This document shows positions 28,803-38,956 of a stretch of 64,000 bases of DNA, piece by piece (the first letter of the stretch is position 1; the number at the start of each line of letters is the position of its first letter). Origin of the DNA: an uncultured bacterium (lineage in GTDB: Bacteria > Hinthialibacterota > Hinthialibacteria > OLB16); contig CAYZUX010000003.1 of NCBI GenBank assembly GCA_964481775.1, forward strand, positions 4,419-68,418, read 5' to 3'. The notes below the pieces were generated by a model. The model ran no database searches. It was not told where the DNA came from and saw only the letters and a program-made list of their open reading frames with translations. A program made the translations under genes and the position numbers.

Positions 28803-30290
28803 ATGGGGCGGTATCTGGCGTTCGATCTGGGGGCGGAGAGTGGAAGGGCTGTGGCCGGCAACCTGGAGAAAGGAGTCCTCTCTCTGGAGGAGATTCATCG
28901 TTTCTGGAATCAACCGGTGACCATGCGAGGGGCCCTTTATTGGGATTTCCCGCGTTTGTTGCGTGACATGCAGGATGGATTGGTCAAGTTTGTAAGGACC
29001 TATGACCAGGCTCCCTCGGGAATTTCCTGTGATAGCTGGGGGGTCGATTTCGGATTACTGGACAAACAGGGAAATCTTCTGGGTAACCCGGTGCATTACC
29101 GGGATACACGCACCGATGGGATGCCGGAACGGGTCTTTTCGCGAGTTTCCCGGGAGGCCATCTACGCCAAGACGGGTATCCAGTTCATGCAACTGAACAC
29201 CCTGTTCCAGGTGGAGTACCTCCATTCCAGTGAGAACCTCCAGTGGGAGATGGCCGAAAAGTTCCTGCATATCGCCGACCTGGTTCATTACTTTTTCTGC
29301 GGTGCCATGGTGGTGGAATCAAGCCTGGCTTCCACCTCACACCTGTATGGAGCCAAGGAACGCACCTGGTGCATAGACTTGATTGAGAAGCTGGGGTATC
29401 CCGTGAGTAAGTTCCCGGAAATTGTGCCTTCAGGAACAAGGATCGGAACCCTGGATGAGAGATTGGCCGAGGCCATCGGAATCCCTCCTCAACACCGTAA
29501 TGCACCGGTCATCGCAGCTTTGTCACATGACACCGCCGCTGCGGTCGCGGCTGTTCCTGCCGATCCCGCAACCAGGTGGGCCTACCTTTCCTCCGGCACC
29601 TGGTCTCTGCTGGGTCTTGAACTCCCTGAACCGGTCCTCTCAGAGGAAGCCTGCCGTCTCGATTTCACCAACGAAGGCGGGGCAGAAGGCACAGTCCGTT
29701 TTCTGAAGAACATCATGGGGCTTTGGGTTCTCCAGGAGTGCCGCCGTACCTGGGAGAAGCAGGGAAATACCCTAGACTACGAAACCATCGCCAAACTGGC
29801 CAGCGAGGCTCCACCGCGTGTGGCCTTTATTGATCCGGATGAATCCCGTTTCCTGTGGCCGGGTGACATGCCGGAACGTGTCCAGGCTTATTGCCGCGAA
29901 ACTGGCCAACCCATTCCTGAGGAACCCGGCCCCATGGCGCGCTGTATCCTGGAAAGCCTGGCTCTCAAGTACCGTTTCGTATTGGAACGCCTCGAACACC
30001 TTTCCGGCAACAGGATCGAGGTCCTGCATATTGTCGGCGGCGGTGGCAAGAACCGTCTCCTCAACCAGATGGTGGCGGATGTACTTGGCATCCCGGTAGT
30101 GGTCGGCCCCACCGAGGCCACCGCGATCGGAAACATCATTACCCAGGCTGTCGCCATGGATGAGGTCAAGGGACTGTGGGAGGGACGGAAGATAATCGCC
30201 CGCTCATTCGAGATCGAGAGATACACTCCCAGCGGACAGATCGAGTGGAAAGAAGCCTACGCACGATTCAAGCAGATGATCGGTGGCTAA
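28803..30290 (+). CDS. FGGY-family carbohydrate kinase, rhamnulokinase-like
   Basis: N-terminus YLAFDLGAESGR (the sugar-kinase phosphate-1 loop), ...DSWGVDFGLLD... and the C-terminal ...HIVGGGGKN... glycine-rich ATP motif. RBS AAGGAGG lies 8 nt upstream of the ATG at 28803 (track ORF starts at 28734). Confidence 0.6.
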   Translation: MGRYLAFDLGAESGRAVAGNLEKGVLSLEEIHRFWNQPVTMRGALYWDFPRLLRDMQDGLVKFVRTYDQAPSGISCDSWGVDFGLLDKQGNLLGNPVHYRDTRTDGMPERVFSRVSREAIYAKTGIQFMQLNTLFQVEYLHSSENLQWEMAEKFLHIADLVHYFFCGAMVVESSLASTSHLYGAKERTWCIDLIEKLGYPVSKFPEIVPSGTRIGTLDERLAEAIGIPPQHRNAPVIAALSHDTAAAVAAVPADPATRWAYLSSGTWSLLGLELPEPVLSEEACRLDFTNEGGAEGTVRFLKNIMGLWVLQECRRTWEKQGNTLDYETIAKLASEAPPRVAFIDPDESRFLWPGDMPERVQAYCRETGQPIPEEPGPMARCILESLALKYRFVLERLEHLSGNRIEVLHIVGGGGKNRLLNQMVADVLGIPVVVGPTEATAIGNIITQAVAMDEVKGLWEGRKIIARSFEIERYTPSGQIEWKEAYARFKQMIGG

Positions 30291-30357
30291 TAGCCTGTTG
30301 AAAATGGGGGTAACCGTGGATTCCCGCAGGAACGGGAATCTTCTCTCGTTCCTGCCC

Positions 30358-30747
30358 TTACTTGGGATGTTCTTCGCCGGTTTCTCTATGAAGTCCTTGC
30401 TCCCACTCAGTCCAGGCCTTCAGCTCCTGCGCCAGCTTGAGGTCATGCATGCTATTCGAAATCGGAGTTCCTGGTGTTCCATTCATCCGGTTTCGCAGGA
30501 GATCCTCTAGTTGAGTGGCAAGCTTCAAAACCTCAGTGGACTTGGAAAGGCCATTAGGTGAAGGCATTTCGGCATTTTTCTGCAAGTCGCTTGACAGGAT
30601 TGATCCACTCGTTTCCCGGGGAGCTGGAGAAGATCCCTCTTTCCTGGAAAAGATGACCGCAGCGATCCCCAGTGACCCCAGCAGGATCAAGGGGACAAGA
30701 ATCATGAAGATCCCAAAGACCAGATCGAGATTTGGATTATAACTCAA
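30358..30747 (-). CDS. Small single-pass membrane protein, hypothetical
   Basis: 129-aa ORF with one strongly hydrophobic segment (LVFGIFMILVPLILLGSLGIAAVIF) in an otherwise gene-free 600-bp gap. No homology evident. Confidence 0.3.
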   Translation of the reverse strand: MSYNPNLDLVFGIFMILVPLILLGSLGIAAVIFSRKEGSSPAPRETSGSILSSDLQKNAEMPSPNGLSKSTEVLKLATQLEDLLRNRMNGTPGTPISNSMHDLKLAQELKAWTEWEQGLHRETGEEHPK

Positions 30748-30906
30748 GTTGCCGGTATCTCCGCTTAAAACTGGTCAACTCCCCGGACAGGGAGGCTCAC
30801 AAGATCGATAACCTTATATCATGCCTTAAGGCTGCTTGGCAGAAGAGAGGGCATCCTGTAGCCTTATCCCCATGATCAATTCATCTTAACAAAGGGAAAA
30901 GGGGCT

Positions 30907-31782
30907 ATGTTCAAATACGCTGTTTTTACCGATGAAATCACCCAGGATCTGGACCTGGCTCTGGCAGTGGCCAGGGAGTACCAGTGCGAAGGTGTGGAAA
31001 TCCGTTCGGTCTGGGATACGGGTGTCCACAAACTGAGCGATGCCCAAATCAACGAGATCCGCAAGAAATGTCAGGATGCAGGGCTTGCGGTGTGTTGCCT
31101 GGGAAGTCCTTTTTACAAGTGCGAGATCGATAATCCTGCCGAAATCCAGGAACATCATGACTATCTCCGGCGGTGCTGCGAGGTAGCCCACAAGCTGGGA
31201 ACTGACCTGATCCGAGGATTCACCTTCTGGCGCCGCGGTCCCGTTGAACCAGTCTGGAACCGTATCCTGGACCACTTCACCAAACCAGTCGAAATCGTGG
31301 AACAAGGGAACTGCCGTCTTCTGATCGAAAATGAAGCCTCCACCTACATTGGGACAGGGGCACAAACCGCTGCCTTTCTGGATGAAATTGCCAACCCCCG
31401 TGTAGCAGCGGTGTGGGATCCGTGTAATGTGTTATTTGATTTCGACAACGAGGAGGTCCCTTTCCCGGATGGATACCGCGCCCTGCGCAAACACATTGTC
31501 CATATGCACCTGAAGGATGCGGAAAGAATTGGCCCTAATGAAGCGCGTTGTGTCCGGATTGGAGAGGGACAGATCGATTACAGGGGACAGTTCCAGGCGC
31601 TGATTCAGGATGGTTACTCGGGTTATGTCTCCCTTGAGACACATTGGCGCCCGGTGGACATCACCAAGGAAATGATGGACCGTCCAGGCGGTACCAGTTA
31701 TTCCCAGAATGCTGAAATCGCCTCACGTCTTTGCCTCGAAAGTTTCAGAAAGCTGGCCAAAGAGGTCAGCCTCACTGTTTAG
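30907..31782 (+). CDS. Sugar phosphate isomerase/epimerase (xylose-isomerase-like TIM barrel)
   Basis: ...GVEIRS...DAG..V...LG... and ...RLLIENE...HMHLKD... are typical of the AP-endonuclease-2/xylose-isomerase-like TIM family. RBS AAAGGGAAAAGGGG is present. Confidence 0.6.
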   Translation: MFKYAVFTDEITQDLDLALAVAREYQCEGVEIRSVWDTGVHKLSDAQINEIRKKCQDAGLAVCCLGSPFYKCEIDNPAEIQEHHDYLRRCCEVAHKLGTDLIRGFTFWRRGPVEPVWNRILDHFTKPVEIVEQGNCRLLIENEASTYIGTGAQTAAFLDEIANPRVAAVWDPCNVLFDFDNEEVPFPDGYRALRKHIVHMHLKDAERIGPNEARCVRIGEGQIDYRGQFQALIQDGYSGYVSLETHWRPVDITKEMMDRPGGTSYSQNAEIASRLCLESFRKLAKEVSLTV

Positions 31783-31793
31783 GAGCCCACAAG

Positions 31794-32885
31794 ATGGAAG
31801 TCCCCTTCCAATCGCGCAGGGACAAAATCGCGGCACGAGTCAAAGAGGCCAAAGTGGATGCCGCCTGGATCACCGGATTGGTCAACATCCGCTATCTTAC
31901 GGGTTTTACTGGTTCCTATGCCCAACTGGTCATCACCCCGGAGAGTGCTTTTTTTTACAGTGATGGCAGGTATGAAGAACAGGCTCAATACGAAGTCAGC
32001 GGATGTGAGGTTCAGATATTTAAAAATCGGACATTCGCTGATGTCTTCGCACAAGACATCGGTTTGCATGGTTGGAAATCCATCGGTTATGAAAACCGTC
32101 ATCTTACCTGCGAGGTATTCCAGAAACAAAAGGGGCTGGTGGATCGCGGAGTCAAATGGAAGCCACTCGGTGGCTGGACCGAGGAATTGCGTGTATTCAA
32201 GGACCCCACTGAGATTCATTTCCTCAAACAATCCTCCCTCATTGTCGACCATGTATTCAATGAGTTGCTCCCCTCCATCCATGAGGGAGTGACTGAGAGA
32301 GAGATCCTCAGAACAATGATGAACCTTTTCTGGGAGGCTGGCGCCAAAGGACCTTCATTTGATCCTATTGTCCTTTTCGGTTCACGCACTTCCCTGCCCC
32401 ATGGCCAACCCGGTGACACCGTGTTGAGGGAGGGAAACTGGGTGCTGCTTGATTTCGGAGCTTACCATGATGGTTATTGCAGTGATTGCACAAGGACCTT
32501 TTTTTATGGTTCACCCGATTCGTTGCAGCGCGAAAGGCATCACCTGGTCATGTCGGCTTATCAAGAAGGACTCACCGCGGCCCGTCCCGGTATGGTCTGT
32601 TGCGATGTCGATGCCGCTGCACGGAAGGTTTTTGAGCAGGCAGGCTTGGGTGAAGCCTTCCTGCATGGGCTGGGCCATGGTGTCGGTCTTGAGATCCACG
32701 AAGGGCCGCGTGTGTCCAGACCCAGCCGGGAGGTTTTACAGGAAGGGATGGTGGTCACAATCGAACCCGGGATCTATCTCCCGGGTTGGGGTGGTATTCG
32801 ACTTGAGAATGCAGTGGTCATTACCTCGGACGGCGCTGAGCCGCTCACATTCTGCGATATGAGTATAGACCCATGGCACAAATAG
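31794..32885 (+). CDS. M24 family metallopeptidase (Xaa-Pro aminopeptidase/dipeptidase-like)
   Basis: Creatinase-like N-domain followed by the pita-bread motifs ...DFGAYHDGYCSDCTRTF..., HGLGHGVGLEIHEGP and ...VVTIEPGIY.... Start is chosen at MEVPFQ (ORF track begins at 31731, inside the upstream gene). Confidence 0.75.
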   Translation: MEVPFQSRRDKIAARVKEAKVDAAWITGLVNIRYLTGFTGSYAQLVITPESAFFYSDGRYEEQAQYEVSGCEVQIFKNRTFADVFAQDIGLHGWKSIGYENRHLTCEVFQKQKGLVDRGVKWKPLGGWTEELRVFKDPTEIHFLKQSSLIVDHVFNELLPSIHEGVTEREILRTMMNLFWEAGAKGPSFDPIVLFGSRTSLPHGQPGDTVLREGNWVLLDFGAYHDGYCSDCTRTFFYGSPDSLQRERHHLVMSAYQEGLTAARPGMVCCDVDAAARKVFEQAGLGEAFLHGLGHGVGLEIHEGPRVSRPSREVLQEGMVVTIEPGIYLPGWGGIRLENAVVITSDGAEPLTFCDMSIDPWHK

Positions 32886-33598
32886 CGAAAAAACCGGATG
32901 AGACAAAGCAACCCAGACCAAGAATCCTGGTAGTGGAAGATGAACCCCACAGCAGGCTGATGCTGGAGAAGATCCTCTCATCGAATGGATACGAGATTTT
33001 GTCTGCCTGCAATGCAATGGAGGCCAAAGCATTTCTCACTTCCAGCCAGCCCATCGATGTCATCGTTTCGGACTGGATCATGCCAGAAATCGATGGAGTA
33101 GAACTTTGTAAATGGGTCAAAGCCAATGAGGACTTACGGAAAACATTTTTCATCATGGTCACGGTGCGGGAAGAGACTCGAGACAAGGTCAAGGGTCTGG
33201 ATTCCGGAGCGGATGATTATGTCACCAAACCCTACGACGAAGAGGAATTGGTGGCTCGGATCCGCGCCGGCCTGCGGATGCAGGAATTACAGCGCGAGGT
33301 GATCGAGTTGGAACGTAAAGTTGCCGTGATTCAACTGGCGGCAACCGCTGCCCATGAGATCAATAATCCACTCACGGGCATCTTCGGCTATCTCGACCTT
33401 ATGCGGATATCCCTGGAATCCGGGGCTTCTACAGAAGCGCTTCTCTGCTATCTCGATAAAATCAATAGCCAGGCAGTCCGGATCCGGGATACAGTGGCCA
33501 AGCTCTACACTCTCAAGGAGGTTCAAACCAAGGAATACCTGGGACAACAGCGAATCCTGAACCTTGAGCCGGGCGCTGAAGATACTGACGGGAAATGA
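32873..33598 (+). CDS. Response-regulator receiver domain fused to a HisKA-type dimerisation/phosphoacceptor domain (no HATPase domain)
   Basis: Receiver: ILVVEDEP..., DVIVSDWIMPEIDG (phospho-Asp) and ...DYVTKPY (conserved Lys). C-terminal AAHEINNPLTGIFGYLDL is an H-box, but the protein ends at 241 aa without N/G1/G2 boxes. It overlaps both neighbours. Confidence 0.7.
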   Translation: MAQIAKKPDETKQPRPRILVVEDEPHSRLMLEKILSSNGYEILSACNAMEAKAFLTSSQPIDVIVSDWIMPEIDGVELCKWVKANEDLRKTFFIMVTVREETRDKVKGLDSGADDYVTKPYDEEELVARIRAGLRMQELQREVIELERKVAVIQLAATAAHEINNPLTGIFGYLDLMRISLESGASTEALLCYLDKINSQAVRIRDTVAKLYTLKEVQTKEYLGQQRILNLEPGAEDTDGK

Positions 33599-35157
33599 AA
33601 ACAACCAGATATGGAATCTTGTCTGCAGACTTCAGATTCTTCTTTCGATTATTGGTCATCAGTTTTTGGGTAAGTCAGCCAGCGATGGGGGATGAGGGGT
33701 CCACAATGGGTCTTCTGCATGCTGGTGTGGCCAAAAGCGATATCTCCTATATGACAGAGGGACTCCGGATCAACGACCCGGTCTATGCGAAAGCCCTGGT
33801 GCTGGATGATGGTCAAACACAGCTTGTCATCCTTGCGATGGATGTCACCGCGATTGGAGGGATTGGGGAGATTGGAGATGATTTTTTGCCAGGGCTGCGG
33901 GCACGGATTGAGAAGGAATTAGGCATTCCCCGCTCAAATGTCCTGGTCAATGCCTCCCATAATCATCCTCCCATGCGTTTTTTATGTGGCCCCGCAGACC
34001 AGATTGAAAAGACATTTGATGCAGTCAGCCATGCCCGGAACAATATGGTCCCTGTCAAAACAGGAGCCGGTGCCGGGTATGAGGACCGGATTTCGATGAA
34101 CCGCACTCTCCGTTTGACGACTGGGGATTCCTGGACCATCCGCCACACTAATCCCTGCCCGCCGGATGAAGAGGTTAAAAGCGTGGGACCCATCGATCCA
34201 GAGATCGGTGTGCTTCGAATCGACCGGCTGGATGGGACACCCTTGGCGGTGATCTACAACTTCGCCTGTCATCTATACATGGGGACTCCAGAGGGTGGGA
34301 TCACAGCGGATTTCCCTGGATTCGCCTCGCGTGTGATCGAGGAAAACCTCGGACATGACTGCATGGCGTTGTTCCTGCAGGGGGCAGGCGGAGACCAATC
34401 CCCGATCCTCTATAAAGATGTGAACCGTCCGAGAGATGCCGAACCTCTGGGCCTGATGCTGGGGCTGAGCACATTGAAAACAGTTCGAGAGATCCGGACT
34501 CAAGAGACTACATTGAATGTCATCAACGAGATCATCGAGTTGCCGAGGAAGAACGACTTCGAAGAACGGATAGCCGCGCTTGTGGCTGAACAGGAGATCC
34601 TGCTCAAGTCGCTCCGGTACACGAGCTTGAATTTCAAGTCGTTTCTGCCGTTGTATCTCAAACACACTCTCGATCCCAGACACCCGCTCGATTACTCCTA
34701 CCGGTATCTTCAGACGGAATCCCTGGGGAGAGATGAAATCTCCCGAATCGATGAAGAAAACCGCGCTCACCTTCAGAAGTATCTCAACAACATCCATGCC
34801 ATGGAGAAGCTGGCGAGAATCCAGGATGATATCGCTACCCTGAGGCGTCACCAGAAAATCAACTCGGATGCAGGTACCCCCACAGTGCCCATGGAGGTCA
34901 TGGGGATCAGAGTTGGCAACTTCGTCTTAGTGACATCCTCCGCCGAGGTGCTCGTGGAGATCGGATTGAATGTCAAGAAAGCCTCCCCCTTTGAGCACAC
35001 TTATATGGCAGCCTTCTCGAATGGGTATGTCCATTATGGTCCCCCCGCAGCAGATTACCCCAAGGGTGGTTATGAAGTCACAGAGTGCCTGCTGGCTCCG
35101 GAATGGCAGGAAATCTACGGAACCAAGGCCAAGGACATCCTGGAACGCTTACGCTGA
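33595..35157 (+). CDS. Neutral/alkaline ceramidase-like hydrolase (secreted)
   Basis: N-terminal region ...NDPVYAKALVLDDGQTQLVILAMDVTAIG... and ...NASHNHPP... resemble the Zn-site region of neutral ceramidase; 520 aa. Confidence 0.4.
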   Translation: MKTTRYGILSADFRFFFRLLVISFWVSQPAMGDEGSTMGLLHAGVAKSDISYMTEGLRINDPVYAKALVLDDGQTQLVILAMDVTAIGGIGEIGDDFLPGLRARIEKELGIPRSNVLVNASHNHPPMRFLCGPADQIEKTFDAVSHARNNMVPVKTGAGAGYEDRISMNRTLRLTTGDSWTIRHTNPCPPDEEVKSVGPIDPEIGVLRIDRLDGTPLAVIYNFACHLYMGTPEGGITADFPGFASRVIEENLGHDCMALFLQGAGGDQSPILYKDVNRPRDAEPLGLMLGLSTLKTVREIRTQETTLNVINEIIELPRKNDFEERIAALVAEQEILLKSLRYTSLNFKSFLPLYLKHTLDPRHPLDYSYRYLQTESLGRDEISRIDEENRAHLQKYLNNIHAMEKLARIQDDIATLRRHQKINSDAGTPTVPMEVMGIRVGNFVLVTSSAEVLVEIGLNVKKASPFEHTYMAAFSNGYVHYGPPAADYPKGGYEVTECLLAPEWQEIYGTKAKDILERLR

Positions 35158-35201
35158 GGAATGACTCCCTCGATAGTGGAGTGGATGTGAACACGATGGA
35201 C

Positions 35202-35285
35202 GGAGTGGCGAATTTGTTCGTCTGGTGGCATTCCATTTGACGATACCGTTGCTTCGTGAAAAAGGGCAAATGAATTCGCCACTCC
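35202..35285. repeat. Palindromic intergenic repeat, copy 3 (GGAGTGGCGAATTTGTTCG...GCAAATGAATTCGCCACTCC)
   Basis: Same terminal inverted repeats as the 11401 and 11515 copies, with a different internal sequence. It lies between convergent genes. A partial GGAGTGGA lies 18 bp upstream. Confidence 0.8.
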
Positions 35286-35295
35286 TTGGTTCGTA

Positions 35296-36294
35296 CTAAT
35301 GATCAAGATGTAAGCGGAACAGCCTGACCTCATTGGTCTGGTTGGGGCAGGTCACTTCTGCATAGACCCATACCTCATCTCCAACCCTCATCCATTGGGA
35401 GTACCGGAAGGTGCTGAAGAGCTGATTAGGAGTGGAGCTGACCGCGAAGGGGGCCTTAGGTGTCAGGTCCTGGATGCGATGCAGATCGAAGGTGAACCCC
35501 AATCCGGTGGCGATATTATAGACTGGGTCATACCACTTCACATTTGAGCCTTCATAAACAAACAAATAACCGAATCCCAATGGCAGTATCGAAGCGGGCC
35601 GGACAAAAAAGTCATGCCAGCCGGAGAGCTCCATGACAGACTCATAGGGACTCCCCACCGGTTCCCAGCGCTCCCCATCCTTGCTTGAAAAGTGATAGAT
35701 CCGTTCGTTCCTTCTCAGATATCCGATCACATAACAGTGGTAAGCCCCATCAGTCCAGAGGATGACCGGGTCTTTGTATTCGACGGGAATCACATCACGC
35801 TCATAGGTCTTGGGGATAGATTGGATCACGGGCCGGGCGCTTGAGGGCTCAAACTGGGTGGGAGAGTCAGCATCCTGCCATTTGAGAATGCACCAGGGCC
35901 CTTCATGCCAGGGACCACAACCATACAACTTGAACTTTCCGGTCGCTGGATCCAATACCAATGCGGGACGTTCAAAACCGGGGATGGGCACCTGGTCACG
36001 GTGAATCGTGTGGACCTTCTCAAAGTTGATCCCGTCTTCACTACGGAGAATGCGGATCTCATAACCACGTAATCCTCGAGGAGATTCGGCAGTTCGCATC
36101 CGGCATGCCATCCAAAAGATGCCCGAGGTGTCCCGCACGACTGATGGTGCCCCTGCCCACCACTCAGGTTCTTCCTGATCGGGTTTAAGGATTGTCTGGA
36201 ATTGTTGAAACTTGCCTGGAATCGAGCCAATCTCGAGTCCCACCTGCGGAGCAGGTCCAGTCCATTGGAATACTGCTGACATTTGAGCCTCCAT
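35296..36294 (-). CDS. Hypothetical protein, possibly a five-bladed beta-propeller glycosidase-like fold
   Basis: 332 aa, rich in W/Y/D with repeated ...D..P..W.DG.YH..Y.G... segments. No signal peptide. No confident family. Confidence 0.3.
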   Translation of the reverse strand: MEAQMSAVFQWTGPAPQVGLEIGSIPGKFQQFQTILKPDQEEPEWWAGAPSVVRDTSGIFWMACRMRTAESPRGLRGYEIRILRSEDGINFEKVHTIHRDQVPIPGFERPALVLDPATGKFKLYGCGPWHEGPWCILKWQDADSPTQFEPSSARPVIQSIPKTYERDVIPVEYKDPVILWTDGAYHCYVIGYLRRNERIYHFSSKDGERWEPVGSPYESVMELSGWHDFFVRPASILPLGFGYLFVYEGSNVKWYDPVYNIATGLGFTFDLHRIQDLTPKAPFAVSSTPNQLFSTFRYSQWMRVGDEVWVYAEVTCPNQTNEVRLFRLHLDH

Positions 36295-36337
36295 TCAAAG
36301 AGAGACAGTCCTGATGCATTCTTAAACATAGAACTTT

Positions 36338-38464
36338 ATGCTCCGTAGCATGCGATACACAAGCATCTTCAAAAACACATCCCAACCTCTATCCCACATC
36401 CGTCTTCTGGCCTGTCTTATCCTATTCATTTCATCGGGTGATTCCTGGGGGCTTTCCGCCACCGCTACCGCCTCCAGCCAGGCATCAGGCGGCATGGGAC
36501 CATCCAATGTGCTGGATGAAAGTACCGCAACTTTCTGGTCAAGCGCAGTCTCTCCCACTCAGTACAGAACCGAGTGGATCCGTTTTGAGCTCGACCAGTT
36601 GGCCGCTATCCGTGGTATCACACTGACACCGCGTCAGAATGGCTATGGTTTCCCGAAGACCTTTCAATTGGAATACAGTTATGATGAGAACGGAACCTAT
36701 TGGTTCCCAGTACCAGGCGCCAGCCGTGAAGACTTCGCTACTCCCACCGGGCCAGTCAACCTCATCATCACAGGACGGGTGTTTGCCAGGCGTCTGAGAA
36801 TTACCGCCAACCGGCTCGGACAGGATGACTATGGCAATTATTATTTCCAACTGGCTGGAGTTTCCTTCATCGAACACCCAGCCAAAATACCCTTCCAGCT
36901 GGAGCGGGGAGGGGATTTCAGCAACCAGATCAACAACCTCTGGAATATCTTCGGTTCGCTGGGAGATGGAACCAATGCGGTCTATTCATTCGGTAACGAG
37001 CCCGCCTACTTCGAATGGATGGCATTGAAATACCTTTGGAATGACAACACGACTGGTTATGCCACTACCCTGCGAAGCCGGATGGTGGAACACCCGATCT
37101 GTCAAAATGGTTATGTGTGGTCCTGGGGAGACCAGATGCGCTGGCCTACCGGATATGGCCTGGGAGTCTGGTCACGTCACGAGGAAAACAACGCCAAGTA
37201 CATCCTGGGCTGCTGGCGGTACTGGTGTTGGACACGGAATGACGCCTTTTTCAATATGACGGACTCCACCAAAGTTACGGGTTCGCCCGATCCCACTTCC
37301 TGTACCGATGTGTCACAAGGGAAGACCATCCAACAGAAGTTACGCCTGGCCATGCAGTACATCGATGATGAATTGGGAGGTTCCAATGGAGGAATCCTGG
37401 TCGAAAACTCAGGTGACACCGATGGAACCACCTCGGGTGATCCCACCAATTACTGGGACAACTGGCGGTTTGGTTACAAGAACGCCTATAACAACATCTA
37501 TTACTACGCTGCCCTGGAGGCGATGGCCCAGATGGAGGAGACCTGGGGGAATCCAACCAGAGCTGAGGAACTCCACTTCCGGAGATCCAGTGTACGTCAA
37601 GATTACAACAAGGAGTTCTGGGATGCTGTCAAAGGGCGGTATATCGGTACGAAAGACATCACAGGTAAGGCCTGGGACTTTGGATTCACCTTCCTGAACA
37701 CGGAGGCGGTCTATTATGGCCTGGCCGATCAGGACCAGGCCCGCTCAATTTTCGAGTGGCTGTCGGGATCAAGGATCATCGCGGGGGAAAACTCCACAGG
37801 CGCAGACATCTATGGTCTCAAGTGGGCACCACGTTCCAACACCATCGCCGCCGAGCGAAGTGGCCCACCTTATTGGTGGGAGGACATTGTGGGAAACATC
37901 CGGGTCGATACCAAAGCGGCCAGGTATGGGAATCACCTGGAGAATGGAGGTGCGATCTTCTACACCTCCTTTTATGATGTCCTGGCCAGGGCCAGGACCA
38001 TGGGGATAGAGAATGCCGATGGAAGGCTGGGAGAGATCCTCGCGGAATTCCGCAAAGACCAGTTACGGCGTGATCCTGCCAATTCCGCCGGTGCGGCATG
38101 GATGTGGGGTATCATCGGAGAATTCCCGGAATCCGGATTGGTTGGGACATTACCGGTTTACCTCTATGGCGGTATTGAGCCGGACATCAACGGGCTTCAT
38201 ATCAACCCGCACCTGCCGGAGGTGATGGACACCTTAACAATCCGTGGTATCACTTATGCGGGAAGCACGCTTGACCTCACTATCACCCGCTCTACGGTGA
38301 GCGTTGCTTCCCAAAGCAATTCAACAAGGACGCTTTATCATCACCGGGAAGAAATTATCCCTGGTGAGACCCGGGTGTTTGAATACCAGGAAGGTTCAGA
38401 CCTGATCCTTACTCTCGAGGCAGAACAGGCCAGCTCAATCACCGGCTGGGAATACCTGAAGTAA
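36338..38464 (+). CDS. F5/8 type C (discoidin) domain-containing secreted protein, putative glycoside hydrolase
   Basis: After a signal peptide, SATATASSQASGGMGPSNVLDESTATFWSS...WIRFELDQLAAIRGITLTPR...FQLEYSYDENGTYW is a canonical discoidin (carbohydrate-binding) domain. It is followed by about 500 aa of an unassigned catalytic-like domain. Confidence 0.55.
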   Translation: MLRSMRYTSIFKNTSQPLSHIRLLACLILFISSGDSWGLSATATASSQASGGMGPSNVLDESTATFWSSAVSPTQYRTEWIRFELDQLAAIRGITLTPRQNGYGFPKTFQLEYSYDENGTYWFPVPGASREDFATPTGPVNLIITGRVFARRLRITANRLGQDDYGNYYFQLAGVSFIEHPAKIPFQLERGGDFSNQINNLWNIFGSLGDGTNAVYSFGNEPAYFEWMALKYLWNDNTTGYATTLRSRMVEHPICQNGYVWSWGDQMRWPTGYGLGVWSRHEENNAKYILGCWRYWCWTRNDAFFNMTDSTKVTGSPDPTSCTDVSQGKTIQQKLRLAMQYIDDELGGSNGGILVENSGDTDGTTSGDPTNYWDNWRFGYKNAYNNIYYYAALEAMAQMEETWGNPTRAEELHFRRSSVRQDYNKEFWDAVKGRYIGTKDITGKAWDFGFTFLNTEAVYYGLADQDQARSIFEWLSGSRIIAGENSTGADIYGLKWAPRSNTIAAERSGPPYWWEDIVGNIRVDTKAARYGNHLENGGAIFYTSFYDVLARARTMGIENADGRLGEILAEFRKDQLRRDPANSAGAAWMWGIIGEFPESGLVGTLPVYLYGGIEPDINGLHINPHLPEVMDTLTIRGITYAGSTLDLTITRSTVSVASQSNSTRTLYHHREEIIPGETRVFEYQEGSDLILTLEAEQASSITGWEYLK

Positions 38465-38478
38465 CATGTGGAGAAGAA

Positions 38479-38510
38479 GTCTGGGGATGAGCAGACAGCC
38501 CATCCCCAGA
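38479..38510. terminator. Hairpin (bidirectional terminator candidate) between convergent genes
   Basis: TCTGGGGATG-N12-CATCCCCAGA is a perfect 10-bp inverted repeat, followed by TTCTTGAG on the plus strand. It lies between the discoidin-domain gene and rplL. Confidence 0.5.
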
Positions 38511-38526
38511 TTCTTGAGAAGTGTGG

Positions 38527-38904
38527 TTACTTGAGTTCGACAGTGGCGCCGACTTCCACCAGCTTGGCCTTGGCAGCCTCGGCCTCTTCTTTGGAAACAC
38601 CCTCCTTGACCGGCTTGGGAGCACCATCCACCAGGTCCTTGGCTTCCTTCAGACCGAGACTGGTGAGCTCGCGGACCACCTTGATGACCTTGATCTTTTC
38701 GGCGCCGGCAGCGGCCAGGATGACATCGAAAGAGGTCTTCTCCTCGACCGGCTCGGCGGCTGCGGCTACGGGTCCGGCCATCATAACCGGGGCGGCCGCG
38801 GTCACACCAAACTTCTCCTCGAAGGCCTTCGCCAGTTCAGCGGCCTCAAGGAGGCTCAAACTACCAATGGATTCCAGAATTGCTTCAATCTTCTCACTTG
38901 CCAT
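38527..38904 (-). CDS. rplL: 50S ribosomal protein L7/L12
   Basis: Full-length match to the L7/L12 architecture (N-terminal dimerisation helix, Ala/Pro/Glu hinge, C-terminal ...[24 protein letters not shown]...). Confidence 0.95.
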   Translation of the reverse strand: MASEKIEAILESIGSLSLLEAAELAKAFEEKFGVTAAAPVMMAGPVAAAAEPVEEKTSFDVILAAAGAEKIKVIKVVRELTSLGLKEAKDLVDGAPKPVKEGVSKEEAEAAKAKLVEVGATVELK

Positions 38905-38956
38905 GATTCAAACATCTCCTTTGATGAATTTTTTTCATTTCTTAAGGACGGAAGCA

